64,000 nt of DNA, taken from contig JBLDXI010000029.1 in NCBI GenBank assembly GCA_047495785.1, forward strand, positions 2,914,001-2,978,000, in the 5' to 3' direction. The notes beneath the pieces are model-generated. The model saw only the letters and a program-made list of their open reading frames with translations, did not search any database and was not told the DNA's origin. This stretch comes from Lepidodermella squamata (taxonomy: Eukaryota > Animalia > Gastrotricha). Shown here piece by piece: positions 23,878 through 34,399 of this stretch. A program made the translations under genes and the position numbers. Position 1 is the first letter of the stretch, and each line of letters opens with the position of its first letter.

Positions 23878-25002
23878 ATGTCAAGTGCGACATCGCGATG
23901 CACCGCTGGATCAGAGCCCGAACTATTAAAACGTGATTCGCCGTACTCTATGCATGCGAACGGACAAATCATTTTACCCGATGGAGGTACTGCGACCGGT
24001 TTGATTGTTATGATTTACGACAAGGCATGGCTCGTGGCGAACAACCATGTAATCGGCGACGGCGAAAAGGCCATGCCGCTTGAGAGGGGCAATAAATTCG
24101 CCATCGCCTTTCACCCACAACTTCTGGGACCTAACAGGACAACAGTGAAAATCGGCAGGCATGGCCGATTCTTCTTCGGCTATCCCGACCTCGACGCCAC
24201 TGTCATCGAATTGGGGGAGAATTGGGAGAAACGACTGAATAAGCTGGGCCTTACTGAGTGTCCGTTGGTGCGCCCAGGAAGCCGGGCCGCCATTCCTAAT
24301 GTGAATGCAGAGGTCGATGTGATCGGCTATCCTCGCGTGGAACCTTCTCGAGCGAGCGTTTTGTATTATCTGCTAAAAGTATTCGGCTTCGGAAGCAGCT
24401 TCATTATTACCGGCAAAATTGTCGCAGTTGAGCGTCCGTTCGTTATCTTCACGGGGCAAACGGATGTCGGTTCCTCAGGCAGTCAGCTCTCTGATGGTAA
24501 GGTTTCTGATGTTATTGCCATTCATTCCCGCTACCTCGGGGAGAATAATGGCGTCAATCGTGCAACGCTAATTGAAGCAATCTTGGAACGTGTGACGAAA
24601 GATATAAGGACGGCCGGGCGTAAGGATGGTATAATCTCCAAAGGCAGTCCAGTCTATGTTGGTCAGATTGTTGTCGGAATAATGGGACCAATCTTGGACG
24701 AGATACCGACGGAGGACGAGTTTCAGGATGGTAACGGGAGATTCGATGATATTGACTTCTCACCACAGAACGATCTTACGAATACTTACGAGATGCAAGA
24801 GCAAAATCCTCAAAACTCGTCCGACTCGTCGGAGTCAGACTTCGAATTTCTTATTAGCAAATGGTTCGCAAAAACTTCTCCCCCGGTGCGCAAGGGTGGC
24901 GAAAGCAGGACCGACCACAAAGTCAATCTATTTTTTGCTGGGTCAGTCGCGGTGGCGGGCTTGGTGGGGTTGGCGGGTGTGATTTTTTACAAACAAAACT
25001 AA
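23878..25002 (+). CDS. Leaderless trypsin-fold serine protease, group B, tail-anchored (paralog of 17928)
   Basis: VANNHVI, DLDATVIEL, TDVGSSGSQL; identical C-terminal TM plus KQN. Confidence 0.85.
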   Translation: MSSATSRCTAGSEPELLKRDSPYSMHANGQIILPDGGTATGLIVMIYDKAWLVANNHVIGDGEKAMPLERGNKFAIAFHPQLLGPNRTTVKIGRHGRFFFGYPDLDATVIELGENWEKRLNKLGLTECPLVRPGSRAAIPNVNAEVDVIGYPRVEPSRASVLYYLLKVFGFGSSFIITGKIVAVERPFVIFTGQTDVGSSGSQLSDGKVSDVIAIHSRYLGENNGVNRATLIEAILERVTKDIRTAGRKDGIISKGSPVYVGQIVVGIMGPILDEIPTEDEFQDGNGRFDDIDFSPQNDLTNTYEMQEQNPQNSSDSSESDFEFLISKWFAKTSPPVRKGGESRTDHKVNLFFAGSVAVAGLVGLAGVIFYKQN

Positions 25003-25142
25003 TCATGAGTGAAAGAATTAGCCCGGCATTCCAATTGTGACTGGCAGAAGTCTACTCTTATAATAATATAATCTGTTATCTGAATTACTATTTTTTTATT
25101 GAAGAGAAAACAAATCGGCAGAGAACTCTTATTCACTTTATA

Positions 25143-25430
25143 TAAAAGTGACGTTTCGGCCCTCTCGAGAGCCATCATCAGACTAGAAAGCAAAACAAGA
25201 AAAATAACCAGTTATAAGGAAAATCACAAGAAAAAAAGTCCACAACAACAATTATGAAAATAGCTTCAATTTGATAGAATCTGAGTGCACGTTTAGGTCT
25301 CATTGCTAGTTTGATCTTCTTTATCAATAAGCTCTCGTGCAATAAGTAGTTCCATGTGTTTCTGCATTTGCATAACACTTTGAAAAAAGCATGCAAGTTG
25401 AAGCCATCAGGCAATTCGTGTGACGAGGCA
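25143..25430 (-). mobile_element. 5'-truncated Penelope-like retroelement: GIY-YIG C-terminal end plus 3' UTR hammerhead
   Basis: FKVLCKCRNTWNYLLHESLLIKKIK, then (frameshift) DLNVHSDSIKLKLFS-stop, typical of a PLE endonuclease tail, followed by the hammerhead. Confidence 0.75.
25147..25184 (-). ncRNA. Minimal type I hammerhead ribozyme of Penelope-like-element type
   Basis: Minus strand reads AGT-CTGATGA-T-GGCTCTC-GA-GAGGGCC-GAAAC-GTC-ACT: conserved cores, 7-bp stem II, palindromic ACGT stem III, 3-bp stem I. Confidence 0.8.
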
Positions 25431-25554
25431 CTAGCGGTTGACTAGGCCTGGCTTCGGTTCCATGGCCCCAAAATGTTCCGCCATCATCCGGCTGGTGAAG
25501 ATCATGTCCACACCAGAAGAGACCAAGCGCGAGCTATAGTTGGGTTGCTATAGT

Positions 25555-25738
25555 TGAGCGCCCTACTGCTTGGAAAGGGTAGCGAATTTACGACCACCTC
25601 ATTTCGTCAGCACCTTCTAGGACCTAACAAAGTTACAGTGAAAGCATGGCCGATTATTCTTCGGATTACGCGAACTCGATGTCACTGTCATCGAATTGGG
25701 AGAGAAAAGATGCGGAATCTACTGCAAAAGCTGGGTGT
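25555..25738 (+). pseudogene. Fragment of a group A protease, truncated where the LINE tail begins
   Basis: gagcgccctactgcttggaaaggg, caccttctaggacctaacaaag and gaactcgatgtcactgtcatcgaattggg match 14769-14955 with frameshifts. Confidence 0.85.
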
Positions 25739-28700
25739 TATTTATTTATTTATTTATGAGCATTAATATCCAAGGGATGTAGGACAGCTCAGCTGAAAAA
25801 GAAGCATGATTAGTACAATTAGATTCGACGTGAAGAGGTCATTATGTAGATATCAACAAAGAAAGTTAGGAAATTAGGAAAAAGACAATGACATGCATAC
25901 CAGTATAAAAATATCGTATTTAGACTCAACAAGGAATTGGAAATTAATCATCAGTAACGGTATTTACAATTTCACCGCTTGCCTCGATGACGTCACAACC
26001 TTCCTCAGTGTTTGCAGTAGGTTCAGACAGTAAATAATAATAAGTTAGGTTCCGGCATTGATCCGCGCTGGTAGCTAAGCGAATTTCGTTCGGCAAGCCA
26101 TTTCAGAACGTGGCGCCACGGTATCGAAGGCATCGCATCGAAGTATCGGTCTTCACGCGAGGGACAACCAGCAGGTTGTTCGATGCATTTATGTTGACTT
26201 GCCTCCTTGTGACCCCAGCGGTTTTCTCTTGCAGTTTGAAGAACTCGGCTAAGGCAGCCGGTGCTTCGCCATTGATGCAGCGCCATATCATGGTTGCCAA
26301 ATGAACTTTCCTTTTACCATCAAGGTCTAGCCATTTTAGCTTTTTCCTCAGAGATTCGATGTCAACGTTTTCATTCGCATGACAAATTATGCGAATGGCT
26401 TTGTCCTGTCGTCGTTGAAGTTAGTTTTTGCCGCTTGGGCTAGGACGCTGTCACAGTACATTAGGTGACAGAAGATGACACCATTAGCCATCAATTTGAG
26501 GGTTTTTCGATCAAGGAATTTAGCCGCAAATTTCAGAGCAAAGAGACCACCCCTGGGTTTGTTACCCACATGTTTGAGCTGTTCAGTGTGCAATAGTTTG
26601 TTGTCAATAATATAGCCCAGGACTTTGAGCGATGTGGTGATTTCAACTCTCGTATTTTCGATTTTGATGGAGATTTCTGGGGGAGGTGCATCGGGATCAG
26701 TGATCAGTGGCTATGATTATCATCTGCGACTTTTTTCCATTGACTAGTAAGCTATTTGCTGCTAACCAGTCACTCTACCGGTTGATGTCGGATTGAAGGC
26801 GATCCTGAAGGCGTTCAACGTTTTTATCTGACAAGTAAATAGTGGTGTCATCTGCGAATTGAGCTATTTTCGAATATATTGGAATCGAAGCCATTTCATT
26901 TACGTAGATGGTAAATAGCAATGGCCCTAGGACACTGCTCTGAGGTACGCCGAATTCCACCTTAGCTTTACTTGAGCGACTTTGGTTAATTTCTACATAC
27001 TGGTAACGATCACTGAGATAGTTTTCGATCAACTGAATAGCTTCCAGTTCAAAACCTGCACTAGCCAAGGACCTATGGAGGAGTCAGAAGGAGTCAGAAA
27101 AATCGACTTTTTGCCCCTCCGGCGCCTTGGTACCCCCTTAGGGGAGATCTTGGGTCATCTTGGTGATCTCTCTGGATCTCTAATCGTGACACCTGGAAGC
27201 TTCTAATATTGATTTTCGAATTCTCCGTACTCGATTTAGTAATGAAATGATCTTTTTGAGAGAACATCCCTAAACATCAAGTCGTAAGAGATCTTCATTA
27301 GTCATCTTTAGTTAAGGTGGGTTAGCGTGTCATCTTGACCTACAACCCCATTTCGTCAAATGACTTTGGGCGGTTATGATCTCTCAAAAAGATCTTTTCA
27401 ATACAAAATCAAGTCCGGGGAGTAAGAAAATCAATATTAGAAGCTTCCAGGTGTTATGGTTAGAGATCTCACAGTTTTTCATCTACAACATTGGGAACGC
27501 TAGAACGACGCCGCGGCCTCGCGCGCGCTCGTTGCCCAACGAACGAACGAAAACCCGTTGCTAATGTAAACAAAATATTTTTTTAAATTCTAATTTCTTT
27601 CTTATTTTAATCTTTAAATTTGTTTTCAAATACAAATTTGATTTGCAGTGAAAAACATGCAGAAAAACGCGGAATTTGAATTTCTCGTCGTTCACTTTTC
27701 TAGGGGGGGGGTCTGCAAATAAGCCGAAATGTGCCAGTCTTCGGTGAGTTTTGCAAGGCAGCTGTCTGTTGAATGGAATTTGCGGAACCCAAACTGAGTA
27801 GGCGACAAGAACCTTGTTTCCGGCTTATTTAAATGCGATTTAATTTGGAACGAGATGCACCTCTCAAACGTCCTAGATATTGGCGATAGAATTGAAATTG
27901 GCCTGAAATTCGACACGTCATCTTTAGATCCTCCTTTGTGCAAAGGATGCACAATTGCCGTTTTCCATTGCTCGGGAATTGTTTTCGATCGAATTATTTC
28001 ATTGAATAAAGCAAGTAAATGCGGAGCAACAACGCTGGCACTCATTTTCAAAACTGACTCAGGTATTTCATCTATACCAGTTGTCGGTTTATTCTTTACC
28101 TTAGCCAATGCATCCAGCAGTTCCCTTGCGCGATTGCGCGAAAATTGAACTTTTCCGTGGTCTGGAATGCACGGTGAAAATTTAGGCGTTGCAGCATTGC
28201 AATGGCAATGTTTTTTCCAACATTGGCGAAAAGACTGTTGAAGGCATTGGCTAAGGTAATAGCCTGATTTTTTTCAAGTCCAGAAAAATCATTTTCCCCC
28301 GTTTTCTTTTTGGGCCGAAATTCATTTACAATCTTCCATAATTTTCGTGGGTCTTTTCCAGCTAATTTCACCTTTTGTCTCCACTTGGCGCGACGAGATT
28401 TCCTGACTTTCCTGCGGTCTGACCGTTGCTTTTCTTGGGAAATAAATGTTGAGTGCAACATTTTCGCTTATTTTTCGAGATCTTTTTTGTTCTTAATGGA
28501 GAGTTTGTTGAGCACAGTAATGAAAGCACCTTGGATCCTGTCGCAGTATCCTTGTTGATCCTCGTCTCGTTGAAGTCCGGAATCTCCTAGGGCCTTTTGA
28601 AGCTCACATTGAAATTGATCAGCCTTAATTTCACGCAGATTACGAAATGATATTATATCTGGCTTCGGTGTTGTTTTCGGTTTTTTGCCTAGGTCTCTAA

Positions 28701-29000
28701 TCGATAAAACTATCCCATGATGGTCGCTTAAACCAATTATTGTACCTGAGATGATGATTTCTTGAGCTGTAGCAGTTGACCAGAAGTGATCGATCATCGT
28801 GCCTTTCTTAGTGCGAGTGTCTACCCGAGTGAATGCTGGAGGAAAACTATGAGTCATTTTGAAAGAATCAAAAGTTTGCTCCAGATCCTCTGCAATCTGC
28901 GGTTTCAAGAGATCCCAATTTAGGTCGCCGCCCAGAATTCTATGCTCGATTTCGCTAGTCTTAGCTACGAGTTCGACCATCATGTCGGGTGTCACAGATT
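25739..29000 (-). mobile_element. Decayed L2/CR1-clade LINE (APE endonuclease plus RT) with internal insertion
   Basis: APE motifs GGDLNWDLL, MIDHFWS, SDHHGI; RT motifs FRPISILS, QFGFR, GVPQSSVLGPLLF, FADD; (TAAA)n tail at 25739-25757; multiple frameshifts. Confidence 0.88.
27061..27712. mobile_element. Unclassified insertion inside the LINE RT containing a perfect 28-bp inverted repeat
   Basis: RT coding is interrupted; cacctggaagcttctaatattgattttc (27190-27217) has its exact reverse complement at 27426-27453. Boundaries approximate. Confidence 0.5.
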
Positions 29001-29049
29001 GTCCATTGGCTCGCCAAGAATGGCTCGATATGTTTCGTCATCGGCGTGT

Positions 29050-29286
29050 CCCAGTCGAAAAAAAGTAGACCATGGGTGGATCTAAATTTGACACTGGGAT
29101 AGATCGTATGGGTTCGACCCTACATAGATCGAATGGTAAAATTAGGACCTACACAGGATCGATGCCCGTAGATCCAGTCTAATAGATCGACAATAGGTCG
29201 GAAAAACAGCAATTTTGGACGAATATTTTGCCTTTTGGATCTACGTAGGATCTACTGAGCTCTCGGTCTACTGATTTTCGTCTGGG
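29050..29286. mobile_element. CMC/EnSpm-like MITE, CCCAG...CTGGG ends, 2-bp GT target duplication
   Basis: TIRs cccagtcgaaaaaaagtagacc and ggtctactgattttcgtctggg; GT at 29048-29049 and 29287-29288; internal GATC-rich subrepeats. Confidence 0.78.
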
Positions 29287-29289
29287 GTT

Positions 29290-29480
29290 ATACGAAAACA
29301 CACGGTCGATTTCCTCCTGCACCCGTGATTCAGGAACCTCCGAAAAGGAATAACCGGTACCGAGGGCGGTCAAATCGTCGGTCAAGGACGCTACCAGGAG
29401 CGTCAGGGTGTCAAGAAGATGTGTGAATATTATATAGATCAGAGGGGACAGCTGCGAGCCCTGCAGCACTCCGCACAACG
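29290..29480 (-). mobile_element. Non-LTR retrotransposon RT fragment
   Basis: GVLQGSQLSPLIYIIF..LTDDLTAL, a degenerate GVPQGS..LSP / YADD region. Confidence 0.65.
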
Positions 29481-30469
29481 GAGCGACAACGGAGCCATAA
29501 GTCTCTCAACTGCCAATTCAAAGAGCATTCATCATCAAAATGTTGCCATCGCGGCGTTTAGGTCGATATCAAAGTGAAAAAAGTCCGCGAAGTGAAAAAA
29601 GTGAAAATTATTGGAGCGGCTCACCGATTTTGCTAAGAAACAAGTCGAGATGTGCAGACTCCAAGTATGGCAAGAGGAAGAAAGGAAGCACTGGCCATTA
29701 GTCATCGGCATGAATAATCGCCGAGGAGAAACTTGGCTGGTCGGGTTTTTGGAACATCCATATCGCAAAAAGGATGGAGACAACGTCACGTCACATCGGT
29801 TCGCCGTTCTATTCCTTTTTTGATAAGATAAGGAAGAGGTGTTAGCCTTTATTCTGCTACGCCGCATTTTCGCATTGTGGCTTATTTCGTTTTTCTATCT
29901 ATCTATATTTCATTTTTTACATTCATGGTTTAATCTGCAAATAACAATTAGTCGAGTTTGGAGTTTGGAGTTTCATGGCCGAGAATTCAGCACATTCCGA
30001 TACACATTTTCCACATTCAATCGAGAGTTTAATTCACAAGTCTCTGAACTGAAGCGTTAGAAGCAATGGGGTGCGTTTCTTCATCTACAACAGAGATGAA
30101 ATTATTAACGAAATAAGCTATAAACAAACCATTTCTTTATTTTTGTTGAAATTATTAGCTCAACAAAAAGTTATTTATTTATGCTTATTTTTGCCGCTTA
30201 AAGTTATTTATTTATGCTTAATAATCAGCCAGCGTTTCATTCATTAAACATGTTTTTTGCCCGAAATTACCAACAACGTAATTTTTGGACATTGAGACGT
30301 TTTTGGAGCAATTTTTTCCAAGTCGTACGCATCATGACCCAGCCCAACGTTGACAGAAGAAGATACTATCTTATTTTTCTACACATTTTTTCCAAGTTAT
30401 GGATAAAAATGGATATAAAAAATGGTCCCTGTTTTTTGCCTTGTTTTCAACAAAATCTGTTGATATTAA

Positions 30470-31480
30470 AGAAACGTACCAAGCCAATCACGATGCAATG
30501 CTGGATCAGAAGCCGAATTATTACAACATGGTTCGCTGTGGTCTCGTCATGCGATCTGTCGAATTTCACACTGCAAAGGCACTGCGTCTTGTTTCATTGT
30601 CATTATTGAATCAGTGGCATACCTCCTGACGAACCACCACGTCATCGGCGACGGTGAAGCGTCAATACCACTCAGAAAGGGAACAATAATCAATATCACA
30701 ATTCACCCACACCTTCTGAGATCTAAGACGTTTACAGTGAAAATCGGCAAGCACGGGCGATTCTTGTTCGGCTCCCCCGACCTCGATGTAACTGTCATCG
30801 AATTGGGCGAGAACAAATGGAAAATGATGCAAAAGTTGGGCGTCACCGATTGTCCAATTCGTCCGAAAAGCCAGTACGCTATTCCTATGGTAAATCAAGC
30901 CGCCGATGTGGTCGGCTATCCCAACATGAGGCCGTTGCATGAGGAGTTGGACAGTCGCATTTCTAGCGGAAAAATTTTCCAAATAAAGTATCCAACTGTT
31001 TATTACACGGCCCAAACGCGGGTGGGCTCATCAGGCGGTCCAGTATACGTTGATTCGTTCGTTATCGGAGTCCATGGCGGTTACAATGGCAAAATTGGTT
31101 ACAATTATGCGACGCTATTTGAAGCAATCTGGGAGCGTGTGCGTAAACCAATAAAAGACAATCGATTAAGGAGGGCCATGTGGTGTCACCAAGTCCGCGT
31201 GGATCGCTTGCTACCGAAGAATATGGCGACTGGACGAAGCGAAGAGAACCAGAACGATGTCGGCAATTTGAGCGACATACCTTACTCGGCGGAGTTCATG
31301 TCTTTATTCCTGTTACATGCAGAACCTGATATTACACTGGATGATTTGTCAACTGTGGACGAAGAACTCGATTCGCCCGACTCAGGATCAAGCTTAATCT
31401 TAGAGTTCGAGAAATCCAAGTCCGAAGGCTTCGAAACAAACGCGTGCCCGCGTTGTGCCGGCGCCTTGAATGTCATGTAA
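30470..31480 (+). CDS. Leaderless trypsin-fold serine protease, group A; start codon or upstream exon not resolved
   Basis: Frame is open from 30470 (QSRCNAGSEAELL..., homologous to the paralog N-termini); LTNHHVI, DLDVTVIEL, TRVGSSGGPV, IGVHGG; no in-frame ATG before the domain. Confidence 0.7.
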   Translation, partial: RNVPSQSRCNAGSEAELLQHGSLWSRHAICRISHCKGTASCFIVIIESVAYLLTNHHVIGDGEASIPLRKGTIINITIHPHLLRSKTFTVKIGKHGRFLFGSPDLDVTVIELGENKWKMMQKLGVTDCPIRPKSQYAIPMVNQAADVVGYPNMRPLHEELDSRISSGKIFQIKYPTVYYTAQTRVGSSGGPVYVDSFVIGVHGGYNGKIGYNYATLFEAIWERVRKPIKDNRLRRAMWCHQVRVDRLLPKNMATGRSEENQNDVGNLSDIPYSAEFMSLFLLHAEPDITLDDLSTVDEELDSPDSGSSLILEFEKSKSEGFETNACPRCAGALNVM

Positions 31481-31959
31481 TTATAATATTATATTGCCCG
31501 CTTAGGGCGGATTATTAGTCAAGCTGAAAAAATCGTCCCAGCTGCCTAAAATTACTATAAACTATAAACTTATTATTACAAAATTGAAACTTCGCCCTAA
31601 TCCGATTTTGCTTAGCGAGGAAGTTGTTAAGGCTCTTTCCGCTGTTATCTGTAATCCCATCTTGGATAGTACAATCACAGAAAAATTTGAAAGGTAATGC
31701 GAATCGCGTGCTTTTGGAACCAACCAATCACAGACGTCAAACCACCCGACCAATCAGAAAATTATTGATTCACTGATTCTACTATGAAAAGTTTGCTTGC
31801 TTTATGCATAAAATGATACCTTGGCTATTATTTCAAACGCTTCCGTTTTGAATCGAAATAAAAAACTTAATTTCTCAGCATTTTGATCATATGGATAACA
31901 TATATCACGAAGCCTCAAGTTGATCAAGTTTTACGCTTCTCACAATTTTCGAGGCCATA

Positions 31960-32228
31960 TTAAGCGATGATACTTGTACGCCTCGAATCTTCTTCGCGCC
32001 TCAACTCTCCAACAAGTCCAGAATAGCAGTACGCCTCTCCTCCCGGGCCAGCATATACGCCGTTTTCTCATCTCGATTTTCAACCTCCACCAACTCAGGC
32101 TTCATGTCCAGTAGGTAGGCCACAACATCAACATGGTCAAAATAGGCAGCCAGCTGGATCGGGTTCGAAATCAAATCATCTGCATTACTCATGCCTCTCA
32201 AATTCGCACGCTTCTCAACGAAATACTT
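31960..32228 (-). pseudogene. 3' fragment duplicate of the ankyrin gene at 39615-42004
   Basis: DDLISNPIQLAAYF..VDVVAYLLDMKPELVEVENRDEKTAY..AREERRTAILDLLES with a premature stop; 3' UTR also duplicated. Confidence 0.85.
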
Positions 32229-32262
32229 TAATTCTGGTCAAATTCAATTTTTCTATTCATAA

Positions 32263-32330
32263 ATTTCAGAACCGTACAAAAGCATGGCCTCTTTCCCTAT
32301 TGTGCTGAAAACCACCCATTTAAAATTGTG
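32263..32330 (+). pseudogene. Short fragment of a glycosyltransferase-like exon 2
   Basis: tttcagaaccgtac..tttccctattgtgctgaaaaccacccatttaaaat resembles 13264-13328. Confidence 0.5.
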
Positions 32331-33576
32331 TGTCATGGTCACTGATTCACCGGGGTCTCACAATGCTATCACTTGCCAACTGGCCTTCATATCTCTGGGA
32401 ACGCAATTTCTTGGTCTCGTCGTCGTTCCAATTTTTGTGCGCCTTGTTAACCAAAACTGAAGCCAAATAATATGATAATGCGGTATATGATACGTATAAT
32501 ATATACGGGGAAGGCATGATTAAGTCCCCGCAGTGACCTTTCTATGTTGGTTAAGTGTTTATCTGCTCTACAGGGGCAATAAAAACCCCCAAACGGAGAT
32601 TTAAGTCACATTTACTTGTATGATTGTTACTTCGCAATCGTAAGAGGCAGTAACATCCTTATAGTAAAGGGCGGTTATATATTTGTGAGCCCTTGGACTC
32701 GTGACTCAGACCCCGGTGATACGATGTTTTACCGCATGCGATTATTGTGAGCGATGAGTCAACGCGGTCAAGGTCGCTAGCCTAGTCATCGAACTAACTG
32801 CACTGCGACCAATATCACGCGTTACGGAGTTTCGTCGCTTGGAAAGAGATCACTCGTGAATGAGGAAACTTTTATCACGCGTGACGCACACTTTCCTGGC
32901 TATGTACATTTCTGGCTGACACCATTCAGTCAAAATATCAGGCTTGGCGCTTTTTTTAATCGGTCACGCATAATCCTTTTTCCGCTGCGGGTCACGCACG
33001 AATTATTTATACTGGCCCAGCATTTCTTATATCACCTTCTTCCAGGATATAGGCGTAGATCACGTGATGATCATCTATCAGCTGCTTACCTGTTGTCCCA
33101 TTCTATATATTTTTTATTAAAACACGGATGTTTTCAAATATTCTCATTCATTGTCTTCATTCATGATCAGCTACGGTGCCGGTGCGGCCAGTCACTACGG
33201 CGCCGTAGCAAATCCGCTTGGTTTTCGGCCCTATTTCACGGGTTCCGGGGATTCCATTCCCCAGCTCAGATTGTCAACGAGTTCCCCGGTCTCCCAGCTG
33301 TCAGTTGCAATCACTGCAGCCCGCCCTGCTTTCACCAGGTTGTCAACGACTTCCTTTAGGACTCATCTTTGTATGCATTTCGCTTTTCGCTGCAATTAGT
33401 ATTTAGTGCATCTACTCGGGAAGTATCCGATATACATTCAGCCAATGATATTCAGCTGGCTACATGCTGAATCTTTGAAAATTTTTAGCCTTACTGTGTT
33501 TTTTAAGTTATTCACTTGTTTTAATGTAGCCTCCCTTTTATACAGACGCAATCTACGGAAATTCGTGAAATTCCTA

Positions 33577-34254
33577 GGGTAGAGTCTCCTAATGACCGAC
33601 AAATTTGGTATTTAGCGATTCGAAATTGGTTTAATTTTTACTCTAAATAACCGGCCGTGCTAAATGTCAAGTGCTAAATAGCGAAATTCTTTTTACAGTG
33701 TACCAATTGGCAACTTGGCATGGCCAAGGCATGGCCAAACAGTAATGAATAATTGGTGGTCTCGAAGTTATAATCGTTTTATAAATTTGAAGCGCAAAAT
33801 TTTCGATTTCGTTGCGAATTCAACCTCATCGGAAGTTATCACGTCTACCAACTACCAATGTCCATTTGTGGGCGATTTGGTCAAAAACGGGGTTTCTATA
33901 AATTTATGGTGCATTCTGACATCAGAATCTTGATCTACGTGGTCGATTTACCCATTCCAGTGATTTTCAGGTCAAAATCGTAAGTTATGCATATTGGGGC
34001 AGGAAAAAAAAATAAGTTGTGCATCAGAATGGCACGGCCCCAATGGTGCATAATCGTGGCTCACTTCGGCTGATCAACAATGGCTCATCGGCCATGTGTT
34101 GCATAATCGTGAGTCGTGAGCTTTTGCGCGGTGATTAAAGGGACCCTAAGACACATCCCAGCGCAAACCGCTTCGAAAAAGACCCAACGGCTGATGAGAA
34201 ACTCATTTTCAAAATTTTGACCCTTCATTTATGCATCATTAGGAGACTCTACCC
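33577..34254. mobile_element. MITE with 19-bp TIRs flanked by TA
   Basis: ta-gggtagagtctcctaatga (33575-33595) and tcattaggagactctaccc-ta (34236-34256). Confidence 0.78.
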
Positions 34255-34399
34255 TACAGAGATGAGAATGGGTCAAAAACATCGACCCAGGACCCGAGGA
34301 GACCCATGTTGGGAGGACCCATAAATCTAAATTTCGTAATTTTGAAGCGGATTACTCGTGACGTTGTTTTTATGCATATCACCCTTCATTCTCATTGAA

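Noticed and set aside
29611-29823. Short ORF with faint resemblance to a CDC45 C-terminus (WPLVIG...WLVG)
   Set aside because: Too short and weak to support without a search, and it lies in TE debris.
32856-33406. Overlapping ORFs of 62-167 aa
   Set aside because: No motifs or coherent gene structure; probably decayed fragments.
34189-34206. CTGATGA-GAAAC resembling a hammerhead core
   Set aside because: No stem II between the two motifs and no pairing flanks.
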